A DNA stretch of 64,000 nt from an uncultured bacterium (GCA_963732385.1 CAVSZB010000005.1:96001-160000); one strand, 5' to 3'. Counted from the first letter of the stretch, positions 33,164 through 42,031 are shown. Notes: a model not told the origin generated them from the letters alone. Translations and numbers: made by a program.

Positions 33164-33948
33164 GTCTCGAAAATCACCTGGAAGAGGACCGTGGCCAGCA
33201 TGTAGTCGGCGACGAGAATGGACAGGCAGCTCGCCACGACCGCTTTCATGGTCGCGTCGCCCACCCCCTCGGCGCCCCCCTCCGTGTTGAACCCGTAGAA
33301 GATCCCCGACAGCGCGATGATGCCGCCGAAGAAGAAAGACTTCATCAGGCCGCTCAGCAGATCGGACGACTTGAAGAACATGAGCAGCCCTTCCCGGAAG
33401 GTGCCGCTCGTCACGTCCAGCGTCGCCACCGAGACGAGGAACGCGGCCACGACGGCGATCGCGTCCGAGAATACCGTGATCACCGGCAGCATCAGCACCG
33501 CCGCCACGAAACGCGGCATCGCCAGATAGCGCACCGGATCGACCGCCAGCATCTCCATGGCGTCGAGCTGCTCGGTGACCTTCATCGTGCCGAGTTCCGC
33601 GGCGTAGTTCGCGCAGAGCCGGCCGCCCACCACGAGCGCCGTGATCACCGGACCGAGCTCGATGAAAACCGACTTGGAGATCACCGTGCCCAAAAACTTC
33701 ATCGGGACGTAGGCCTGCATCTGGTAGACGCCCTGCACCGCCGTCACCGCGCCGACGAAGATGGACGTCGTCAGCACCAGCGGCAGCGAGCCGATGGCCA
33801 CGACGTACATCTGCGCCAGCACTTCCCGGCGCATCCGCCACACCGACGGGAGCTGCCTGATGATGTCGCGCAACAGGGTAAAGCCACGACCGGTGCCGGC
33901 CAGGGCCTCCAGGGAATGTCTGCCGACAGCGCGGGACAGGGGGAACAT
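33160..33948 (-). CDS. mlaE: MlaE-type ABC permease
   Basis: ELGPVITAL, AELGTMKVTEQLDA and GGAEGVG..T motifs. Confidence 0.92.
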   Translation of the reverse strand: MFPLSRAVGRHSLEALAGTGRGFTLLRDIIRQLPSVWRMRREVLAQMYVVAIGSLPLVLTTSIFVGAVTAVQGVYQMQAYVPMKFLGTVISKSVFIELGPVITALVVGGRLCANYAAELGTMKVTEQLDAMEMLAVDPVRYLAMPRFVAAVLMLPVITVFSDAIAVVAAFLVSVATLDVTSGTFREGLLMFFKSSDLLSGLMKSFFFGGIIALSGIFYGFNTEGGAEGVGDATMKAVVASCLSILVADYMLATVLFQVIFET

Positions 33949-34054
33949 GGTCCGCCGAATATAACCGGGGGGCGCGGGGGTGTCCACCGGGGCGGACAGG
34001 CGCGGCACGACGGTTGCGTGGGGCGCGGCCTTCCCCGGCCCGCGAGGAGGCGCC

Positions 34055-36355
34055 ATGACATCCCGCTTCGTCACCCCGCCCCGCCCCGCCACTTTGCCGG
34101 CCCGGCGCCACCCCCCGCGCGCCGCGCGTCTGGCGACCGCGGTCGTCGTCGCGCTGGCGCTCCCGGGAGCCGCGCCGCCGTCACCGTCGGACGTCGCCCA
34201 GCGCTACCAGAACACCTGGGCCAAGGACTTCGTGATGGACGCCCCCTGGCGCGTCGTCAACGCAACCACGCCGATCCCGCTCCTGGTCGTCCTCAAGGAC
34301 TGCGAGGCGGACGAGATCGCCGCCCTGCGCTGGCTGCGCTGCCGCGACCTGACCGGCGGCGCCGCCGTCACCCTCTGGCTGCACGACGGGGAAGACGAGC
34401 GGATCGGCGACGACCCGCCCGAGCGTGACTGCTGCGCCTGGCTCACCACGGTCACCGAGGGCCATCCGGCGCTGCCCGACGGCACGCCGCTCACGCCGGC
34501 GAATCTCGGCTACCGGGCGGGCGACACCATCACCCTGGAGATGTCGATCCGCTTCCGCGACAACCTTTTGTGGGACGAGACCGCCACTCGCATCCTGCGC
34601 GTGCGCGTGGGCGACGGCCCGTTCCCCTGGCCGTCCGGCTGGCACGGCGGCGATCTCCACACCCATTCCATGTTCACGAACAACATCGCCGAATGGGGCG
34701 CCCCGCTGCCGGCGTTGCGCGCCGCGGCGACGGCGATCGGCCTGGGCTGGGTCGCCGTCACCGACCACTCCTGCGACCTGGACCAGACGGTTGACGGCCC
34801 GTGGTCCTATGTCACTCGGGAGTGGCAGTACACCGTGCAGACGCCGGCCGGCGAGCAGACTTTCACGCGCGACGTGTTCGCCAACGACGGCACGACCTGG
34901 GGCGGCCTCACCGCGGAGATCGCGTTGGCGGACGGCCCCGGGCTGCGGCTGCTGCGCGGGGTGGAGTTCAACCTCGCCTCGGTCGATCCCGCCACCGTCG
35001 GCCGTACGCTGCACGCCCTGTTCCTCGACGCCGGCTACCTCGCCTCGCCGTTGAGCGGTGCGCCGGGCGAGCGCCCCGTCTTCCCCACGGTGCCGGCCGG
35101 CCTCGACGCCCTCGCCGCCGCCGGCGGCTTCGCCTTCGCCGCCCATCCGTGGGACGACCTCGCCAGCGAATGGGCAGGCGTCGACCTCGGCGTCAACGGC
35201 GCCGTCTGGGGCGCCGGCGATTTCGCCGCCGCCCTGCCGCGCGACTGTCTTCCGCGGCGTGGAGCTGTTCAACACCCGCACCCTCGTCCGCTCGGACGAC
35301 GAAAACGATCCCTGGGCCGACTTCGGCGCCGGCCTCCCCGCCGCGAACCCCTACCCCGCCCCACTGCTGGCCGGCCTCGCGCTCTACGACGCCCTGCGTG
35401 CGCACCGGCCTTACCGGCTGGCCGCAGCGCCGCCTGTTCCTCGCCGCCGGCAGCGACGCCCACGGCGACTTCGACTACGCCACCCACCTCGGCCTCGACG
35501 ACTGGGCCGACGACAACGCCCTCGGCAGGGTCCAGACCGTGCTGCGCGTTCCTGGCCCCTGGGGCCCCGGCAACGCCCCCCCCGCCGCCGACCTCCTCGC
35601 CGCCCTGCGCGACGGCCATTCGCTCGTCACCGACGGACCGTTCCTCGAACTCGCCCTCGACACCGACCGCGACAACTCCCCCGACGGCCCCACCGACCTC
35701 CACCCCGGCGACGCCACCCGCGTCAACCCCGCCACCTGCCCCCCGCTCCTGCTGCGCTGGGCCTCCCTGCCGGAGTTCGGCCCCGTCGCCCTGGTCCGCC
35801 TCCTCGCCATCACCCCTACCGGCCTGTGCGAACTCGACACCCGCGACCCCCGCCTCACCGGCCAGGCCTGCGCCGGCTCCGCCACCGTCCTGCTGACGTC
35901 CCGCGGCCTGACCGGCCCGGTCGCCCTGCGCGCCGAACTGACCACCGCCGACAACGCCGCCGGCCACCGCGCCTTCACCAACCCGCTCTGGCTCGACTTC
36001 AACCCCATCATCGCCATCGACCCCACAGACCCCGCCGATCCCGGCGACCCCGCCAACGCCCCCCGCCCCGACGCCGTCCTGATCCTGGCCCCCGCCGCCC
36101 CCAACCCCGCCGTCGCCACCACCACGATCCGCTTCACCCTCGGCAAACCCGCCCCGGTCACGCTGACCATCCACGACCTCGCCGGCCGCCGCGTCCGCCG
36201 CCTGCTCGACGGCCGCCCGCTGCCTGCCGGTCCGCACACCGCCACCTGGGACGGGCGCAACGACACCGGCGCCCCGGTCGCCGCCGGCGTCTACGCTCGT
36301 CCGTCTCACTGCGGGTGGTCATCGGCGCGGAGGCTTGGTGCAGATATCGCGGTAA
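34055..36355 (+). pseudogene. PHP-fold (CehA/McbA-like) metallohydrolase with FlgD-Ig C-terminus, three frameshifts
   Basis: GDLHTHS, VTDHS, GVEFN and AAHP lie in the first frame. Shifts occur near 35245 (to FRGVELFN), near 35410 (to AGSDAH...PNPA..WDGRND..AAGVY) and near 36295 (to LVRLTAGG..VQISR*). Pseudogene or assembly indels. Confidence 0.75.
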
Positions 36356-36632
36356 TGGCGCCGCCCGGCGCGACCGTCTCCGCCGGCAGAAGAGCCCGGG
36401 TGCAGGGGACCCCTGGAGAGCGCGGCGCTGCGTCGCGGTTGACACGCTGGCCCGATTCCGCGACGATCACGACAGCCTGCCCCTCAATATCGACCTCGCG
36501 GTTGAGGGCGCGCTTTGCGCAGACAGTGCCAATGAGTTCGGCTGACATCGATGCCGCAGCGGGACAACCAGCCGTAATATTCTCCCGATACGCGTGTCGG
36601 CAGACCGGATCTCGGCGCGAGGTGACATCGCC

Positions 36633-37460
36633 TTGGCGGCTGAAGAGACCACAGATTCGGAAAACATCTTCCGCACCGAAGCCCTCGCGCACCGACGCCT
36701 GGGCGGCCGGCGGCAGGGCGATCTTTTGCGTCTGTCACCCGGCTGGATGGGCTGGACCTACCGCCTCATGCTGGGCTTCTTCGTGGCGGCCGTGCTGTTC
36801 CTCTGTCTGGGTCGAATGGACGAGTACGCCACCGGTCCCGCCGTCGTCCGGTGCAGGTTCATGACCGAAGTGACCAGCCCGGTTTCGGCCCTCGTGCAGG
36901 AAGTCCCGGTGATTCCGGGGACAAGAGTCAGGGCCGGACAACTCCTGGTGCGCCTGGGTGACGCAGGGCAGGTCACGGCCCCGACGGACGGTGTGATCCG
37001 GGACGTGCGCGTCCGCCCCGGCCAGTCGGTCACGTCAGGCCAGCCGCTGGTGACCCTCTCGGGGCCGGACAGCCAGCTGACCCTGATCGTCATGCTGCCC
37101 GGGGATTTCCGGCCGCAGCTGGCGATCGGCCAGCCGGGACGGTTCGAGGTTGCCGGCTACACCCGCCTGTACCAGTCCGTGGTTCTGAGCGGGATCGCCG
37201 ATGATCTTGTCGGCCCGACCGCGGCCGCCCGCTATCTGGGCCGGGACATGGCGAACGCCACCACGGCCGGCGGCCCGGTCGTGCTGGCGGAGGCCTCACT
37301 CGATGCGGAATCATTCACCGTCGACGGACAACGATACAATTTCGCGGACGGCATGCAGGGCCAGGCGCAGTTCCGGGTCCGCTCCATCCCCATCATCCTG
37401 AATCTTGTCCCGGGTCTGCGCGGCTTCTGGGAGGTGGGCAACCGTGGCGTCGCCGAATGA
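36633..37460 (+). CDS. HlyD-family periplasmic adaptor (membrane fusion protein), apparently lacking the alpha-hairpin
   Basis: TTG start after GAGGTG, IFRTEAL motif, one TM, two lipoyl half-motifs, a beta-barrel and GMQGQA. Overlaps the PCAT gene. Confidence 0.82.
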   Translation: MAAEETTDSENIFRTEALAHRRLGGRRQGDLLRLSPGWMGWTYRLMLGFFVAAVLFLCLGRMDEYATGPAVVRCRFMTEVTSPVSALVQEVPVIPGTRVRAGQLLVRLGDAGQVTAPTDGVIRDVRVRPGQSVTSGQPLVTLSGPDSQLTLIVMLPGDFRPQLAIGQPGRFEVAGYTRLYQSVVLSGIADDLVGPTAAARYLGRDMANATTAGGPVVLAEASLDAESFTVDGQRYNFADGMQGQAQFRVRSIPIILNLVPGLRGFWEVGNRGVAE

Positions 37461-39684
37461 AACGCCCCCACGCCGCCGGCGCCGCCTGCCGGGGCGTTTT
37501 CCGGCCCTGCTGCGTCTGCCGCGCGGCAGGAACCGCGGCAGGATTCCCTACATCCAGCAGAACACCGCCGCCGATTGCGGATCGGCCTGCCTGGCGATGG
37601 TGCTGGCCTACCACGGGCGAAAGGTGCGGCTCGACGTGGTGCGCGACAGCGTGGGCGCCGGGCGTGACGGCGCCAACGCGCTGGACCTGGTCCGGGCCGC
37701 GCGTCGTTACGACCTGCGGGGCCGCGGCGTCACGTTGGATCTCGCGGATCTGGACCGAGTGCCTCCCGCGTCGATCCTGCACTGGAGCTTCGATCATTTC
37801 GTCGTCTACGAAGGCCGCGACAAGCAGGGCATCCGGCTGGTGGACCCCGCCCTGGGACCTCGCCGCGTCTCCTACGAGGAATTCGGCCAGGACTTCACCG
37901 GCGTGGCATTGATATTCGAGCCGCTGGAGACCTTTGCCACCGGTCGGGACGCCGAACGCCCGGTCTGGGGTTATGTGCGCCGCGTGCTGACGCGCTCGGG
38001 ACTGTTGACCAGAATCGTCCTTCTGACCGCCATGGCCCAGATCATAGGGCTGGGGCTGCCCATCCTGACCGGCACGCTGGTGGACAGGGTCATCCCCCGG
38101 GGAGACCTCGGGCTGATGCAGATCCTGGCGGCCGGGTTCGCCGGACTGCTGGTCTTCAATTTCCTACTGTCCTGCCTGCGCGCCTTCCTCCTGCTGCAGC
38201 TGCGCACCGAACTCGATGCGCGCATGACGCTCGATTTCCTCGATCACATGTTCGACCTGCCCTATCCCTTCTTCCAGACGCGGTCCGCGGGCGACCTGAT
38301 CATGCGCCTGAACAGCAACTCCGTGGTGCGGGAGATCATCACCTCCAGCGCTCTGTCGGGAGCCCTGGACAGTGTCCTGCTCCTGTCCTACCTGGTGCTG
38401 CTGCTGCTGATCTGCCCGCTGCTGGGCGGACTCGTGCTGCTGCTGGGCTCCCTGAGAGTGGCGGTCTTCCTGGCCACCCGCCACAGGATCAGGAATCTGA
38501 TGACCGAGAACCTGGCCAAGGAGGCCCGGTCCCACGGCTACCAGGTGCAGATGTTCATGGGGATCGAGACGCTCAAGGCGGCTGGCGCGGAGCCCCGCGC
38601 GCTGAATCATTGGTCGCATCTGTTCGTCGACGTTCTCAACGTCAACATCAAACGCGGACGCCTCGACGCGCTGGTCCAGTCCGTCGTCGGCAGCCTGGGC
38701 TTTGCGTCGCCGCTCGTGATCATGCTCACGGGTGGCTGGCTGGTGATTCGGGGAGATTTGAGCCTGGGGACCATGCTGGCCCTCAACGCCCTCGCCCTGG
38801 GCTTCCTGACCCCTCTTTCCTCGCTGGTCAGCACCGCCTTGTCCTTCCAGCAGCTGGGCAGCTACGTCGACCGTCTCGACGACGTCCTGGCTACGCCCAG
38901 GGAGCAGGATCCCGACAAGGTCGTGAGCGCGCCACGGATCCGGGGCGGTATCCGTTGCGAGAATGTGATCTTCAAGTACGCGGTCAACAGCCCGCTCGCC
39001 ATCGACGACATCTCGCTGGAGGTGGCGCCGGGGCAAATGGTCGCCATCGTCGGGCGCTCCGCGGCGGGCAAGACCACTCTTGCCAATCTCATGCTCGGGC
39101 TGTACCGGCCGACCCAGGGACGCGTCCTCTACGATGGCATTGATCTGACCGGCCTGGAGGCCCGCAGTGTCCGATCGCAGCTGGGCGTCGTCACGCAGCA
39201 CACACACCTGTTCGGCGGATCCATCCAGGAGAACATCGCCCTGGCGGATCCGGAACTTTCCCGCGATGAGATTGAGGCCGCCGCCAGACTGGCCCACATC
39301 CATGAGGAAATCATGGCCATGCCGCTGGGCTACGACACGATCCTCTCCGAGGGAGGGCTGTCGCTGTCGGGCGGCCAGCGCCAGCGGATCGCCCTGGCGC
39401 GGGCGCTGGCCCGCAATCCGGCCATTTTGTTCCTGGATGAAGCCACGAGTTCTCTCGACGCCCAGATCGAGGCGAAGATCCAGGCCTCCCTGGCCGGGGC
39501 GGGCTGCACCCGCATCGTGGTGGCGCATCGTCTCAGCACGGTGCGGGACGCGAGCCTCATCCTCGTACTGGAAAAGGGCCAGCTCGTCGAACAGGGCACG
39601 CACGCCGAACTGATGCGAGCGAACGGCCTGTACGCCCAGCTCGTGCTGGCTCAGTCGTCGGGAGAGACGATCAGCAGGGCCTGA
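37444..39684 (+). CDS. Peptidase-containing ABC transporter (C39 PCAT, SunT/LagD type)
   Basis: C39 motifs QQNTAADCGSACLAM, HWSFDHFVV and VDPA. TMD followed by GRSAAGKTT, LSGGQRQR, LDEATSSLD and AHRL. GTG start after GGAGG. Confidence 0.94.
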   Translation: MASPNETPPRRRRRLPGRFPALLRLPRGRNRGRIPYIQQNTAADCGSACLAMVLAYHGRKVRLDVVRDSVGAGRDGANALDLVRAARRYDLRGRGVTLDLADLDRVPPASILHWSFDHFVVYEGRDKQGIRLVDPALGPRRVSYEEFGQDFTGVALIFEPLETFATGRDAERPVWGYVRRVLTRSGLLTRIVLLTAMAQIIGLGLPILTGTLVDRVIPRGDLGLMQILAAGFAGLLVFNFLLSCLRAFLLLQLRTELDARMTLDFLDHMFDLPYPFFQTRSAGDLIMRLNSNSVVREIITSSALSGALDSVLLLSYLVLLLLICPLLGGLVLLLGSLRVAVFLATRHRIRNLMTENLAKEARSHGYQVQMFMGIETLKAAGAEPRALNHWSHLFVDVLNVNIKRGRLDALVQSVVGSLGFASPLVIMLTGGWLVIRGDLSLGTMLALNALALGFLTPLSSLVSTALSFQQLGSYVDRLDDVLATPREQDPDKVVSAPRIRGGIRCENVIFKYAVNSPLAIDDISLEVAPGQMVAIVGRSAAGKTTLANLMLGLYRPTQGRVLYDGIDLTGLEARSVRSQLGVVTQHTHLFGGSIQENIALADPELSRDEIEAAARLAHIHEEIMAMPLGYDTILSEGGLSLSGGQRQRIALARALARNPAILFLDEATSSLDAQIEAKIQASLAGAGCTRIVVAHRLSTVRDASLILVLEKGQLVEQGTHAELMRANGLYAQLVLAQSSGETISRA

Positions 39685-39703
39685 CCCGCCGCCATGACCC
39701 CTG

Positions 39704-41215
39704 TCAAACCAATTGCATATTCCTGAGCCAGTCCAGGCCCTCGGGGCCGGCGTTTTTCATGGTCAGGTAATCCTTGAAGACCTGGTCCATTCTCGCGCGG
39801 GTCTGTTCGCACATCTGTTCGGAGATAACGATATCGGCGGTTCCATCGGCCTGCCAGTGGTCGGCCATGTGCACGAAGCAAAGACCGCAATGGCGAACGG
39901 CCCAGCACTTCCTGCAGCGTTCGGCCAGCGAGTCCACGAGCTTCTCGTAGAGATTGTGGATCATCGGCATGTCGAACCCGGAATCGAGATGGCCGATAAT
40001 CATGTTGTCGCCACAGCGCTCGCACGGCATCAGGGAGCCATCGACCTTGACGTGCACCTTCCGCTGGCCGGGGCGGCAGCATCCCGTGGGGAAAACCTCG
40101 TCGGGCAGCAATGTGCGCGACCGGTTATGATACAGCGTGAGTTCCTTATCGAACATGGCCCGCACGGGCCGGGTCAGCTTTTGGTGCTTGCCGGCGATGG
40201 AGGCATTCAGATACTGACGGCGAAGCTCCGCGAATTCGGTCTGGAATTTGTGATTGCTGTTTTCGTCCATATCCCTGGGCTTGAAATCAATCCCCGCAAC
40301 GTCGGCAAACTGCAAGCCGACGGCAGGCGGCTCCGTAATGTTCCATTTCTTGTAGACGGGAAAGTCCGCGAAGAAGGCCACGGTTTCCTTCACCTCATAA
40401 GGAGGCGCCATCACGGCGTTGAAGCGAATCCGCCTGTGGAAACCGGGATCCTGGCCGAGCAGCCGCTCCAGGCCGGCGATCACCTGATCGAAGCTGTCCT
40501 GGCCGCCCCGGGTCCTGCGGTACCGGTCATGGATATGCCGGGGGCCGTCCAGGCTGATCTGAACATAGAATTTTTCCTCGGCAAGGTAGGCCGCGACCGC
40601 GTCGTCGATCAGCACGCCATTGGTGTCCAGGTGGAGCTGAACCTCCCGATCCCCCTGCAGTGAACGCAGGCGAGCCACGATTTCCCGGATGAGGTCAAAG
40701 CGCAGAAGCGGCTCCCCGCCGTAGAAGGACACGACCGGGACTTTCTTCTCTCCATTGCGGGCCATGAAGAACTCGATGGCGTCCAGGGCCGTTTCCTGCG
40801 TCATGCTGGCGTCGTTATGGGCTCTGGTTCCGGTCTTGTTCCTGGTGTAGGGGCAGTATTCACAGCGGAGATTGCACTGCTCGGTGAGAGTCATCTGCAG
40901 GTGCTCGATGGCGGACTCGTAAAGACCGGAACCGCTGCAGCAGGCACATTCGTGGATGATTGTCAGATCCCTGGGCGCAAGCGCCTGTTCGGCGGCGTTC
41001 AGCTCCCTGATCTCCTCGAGCGCGGCCTGCACCCGCTCACGGCCCCATTTCCGGTCAGCTGCCTGGCGCTCGGGTCCATCGGTGACCTTGTTCCAGACAG
41101 GAGCCAGATCGGCCGACACTTCATCGCATTCATAGATGTGGCTGGTCGCGGTGTCGAAGCAGAACCACCGGCCGTCGTGTTCGAAGGTGTGGCACAATAC
41201 GGTCTCATGTCCCAT
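39704..41215 (-). CDS. Radical SAM/SPASM peptide maturase (Cys-rich-peptide CcpM-like)
   Basis: CNLRCEYC, SFYGGEPLL, DTNG and ISLDGP..HDRYR. SPASM region CCRPG.RK..V..DG..MPCERC..CRKCWAVRHCGLC..C. N-terminal RRE-like beta3-alpha3 segment. Confidence 0.9.
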   Translation of the reverse strand: MGHETVLCHTFEHDGRWFCFDTATSHIYECDEVSADLAPVWNKVTDGPERQAADRKWGRERVQAALEEIRELNAAEQALAPRDLTIIHECACCSGSGLYESAIEHLQMTLTEQCNLRCEYCPYTRNKTGTRAHNDASMTQETALDAIEFFMARNGEKKVPVVSFYGGEPLLRFDLIREIVARLRSLQGDREVQLHLDTNGVLIDDAVAAYLAEEKFYVQISLDGPRHIHDRYRRTRGGQDSFDQVIAGLERLLGQDPGFHRRIRFNAVMAPPYEVKETVAFFADFPVYKKWNITEPPAVGLQFADVAGIDFKPRDMDENSNHKFQTEFAELRRQYLNASIAGKHQKLTRPVRAMFDKELTLYHNRSRTLLPDEVFPTGCCRPGQRKVHVKVDGSLMPCERCGDNMIIGHLDSGFDMPMIHNLYEKLVDSLAERCRKCWAVRHCGLCFVHMADHWQADGTADIVISEQMCEQTRARMDQVFKDYLTMKNAGPEGLDWLRNMQLV

Positions 41216-41375
41216 CGTTGCTCCGCTTCTTCGGTGGCGACCGCATGATCGCCATCCTGCTGCATGTGGATTGATCCGTGTCAGGGCTCGCCCATTGTCC
41301 CGAGATGTCTGCGCCCTTCACCGTCCGCAGGGGGATTCCGCGGTATGGATGTGTCAGTTTTGCGTCAGGCAGCCA

Positions 41376-41403
41376 GCCGGCCCGGCGTGAACGCCGGGCC
41401 GGC
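41376..41403 (-). promoter_or_regulatory. Perfect GC-rich stem-loop between precursor and maturase
   Basis: GCCGGCCCGGCG-TGAA-CGCCGGGCCGGC forms a 12-bp perfect stem with no clear U-tract. Confidence 0.7.
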
Positions 41404-41483
41404 AGCGTCTGCGCACCTGCCTGGTCACCCTCGTGGCCGCAAGTGCGCGTCAGGACTTACACCTAGCGATTCACGAGGTTCGA

Positions 41484-41666
41484 CTAGGCATGGAAGTTGG
41501 TGGCGCTGACCGTGGCGGCAGCCTGATCCACCATAACGACGTAGTTTGTCGCGCCGTTGTTGAGTTCTGCGTCACAAGCGCAGATCTCGGGGCACACGCA
41601 CTTGCACCGAGTGTTGCCGGCGCCGGAAACTTCATTCAGTCTTTCGTCAGGAATCCGCTTGAACAT
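41484..41666 (-). CDS. RiPP precursor peptide, double-glycine-type leader with Cys-rich core (60 aa)
   Basis: GGAGG-N5-ATG start. Sequence MFKRIPDERLNEVSGA|GNTRCKCVCPEICACDAELNNGATNYVVMVDQAAATVSATNFHA. Co-oriented directly upstream of the rSAM gene. Confidence 0.85.
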   Translation of the reverse strand: MFKRIPDERLNEVSGAGNTRCKCVCPEICACDAELNNGATNYVVMVDQAAATVSATNFHA

Positions 41667-41729
41667 GATGTCCTCCATACTATCAGTGGGAAACACTATT
41701 GCCTCGAGAACCATTCCCGAGGCACGCAT

Positions 41730-41855
41730 GTTACTTTTTCAAATCGACTGCGGTCAGTCAAGAATGTATTCTCGATTATATTTATGTTGCCGTGTGCGAG
41801 AAATGTTGACTCGAATGCATTAATATATCCGGTCAAATCAATTGCGCTATAAACA
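41730..41855. promoter_or_regulatory. AT-rich divergent promoter region
   Basis: Perfect TATAAT on the minus strand at 41775-41780. Imperfect palindrome TCAAGAATGTATTCTCGA at 41758-41775. Inverted TTGAC..GTCAA at 41806-41836. Confidence 0.5.
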
Positions 41856-42031
41856 TGATCGTGTTGGCCGAGGCCATGCCATGTGGTAATATTTCTCCGT
41901 TGTCAGCGAGGCTCAGTTTAGAAATAATGCGGTTCGCGAGCGGCTCTCAGGGTGCATGGCTACAGACTGTCCGATTGCGGCGCGCCTGTCAGGCGCGCAG
42001 GGTCTCTGTGATGAATGCAGGAGGTTCATTC

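Noticed and set aside
32351..34111. Apparent 586-aa extended MlaF, and similar extended ORF-track starts for dnaB, radA, yicC and the NFACT gene
   Set aside because: These extensions are motif-less open frames. The real starts are downstream at conserved N-termini.
40999..41265. Possible second precursor or separate RRE ORF between precursor and maturase
   Set aside because: It overlaps the maturase out of frame and has no GG-type leader or Cys pattern.
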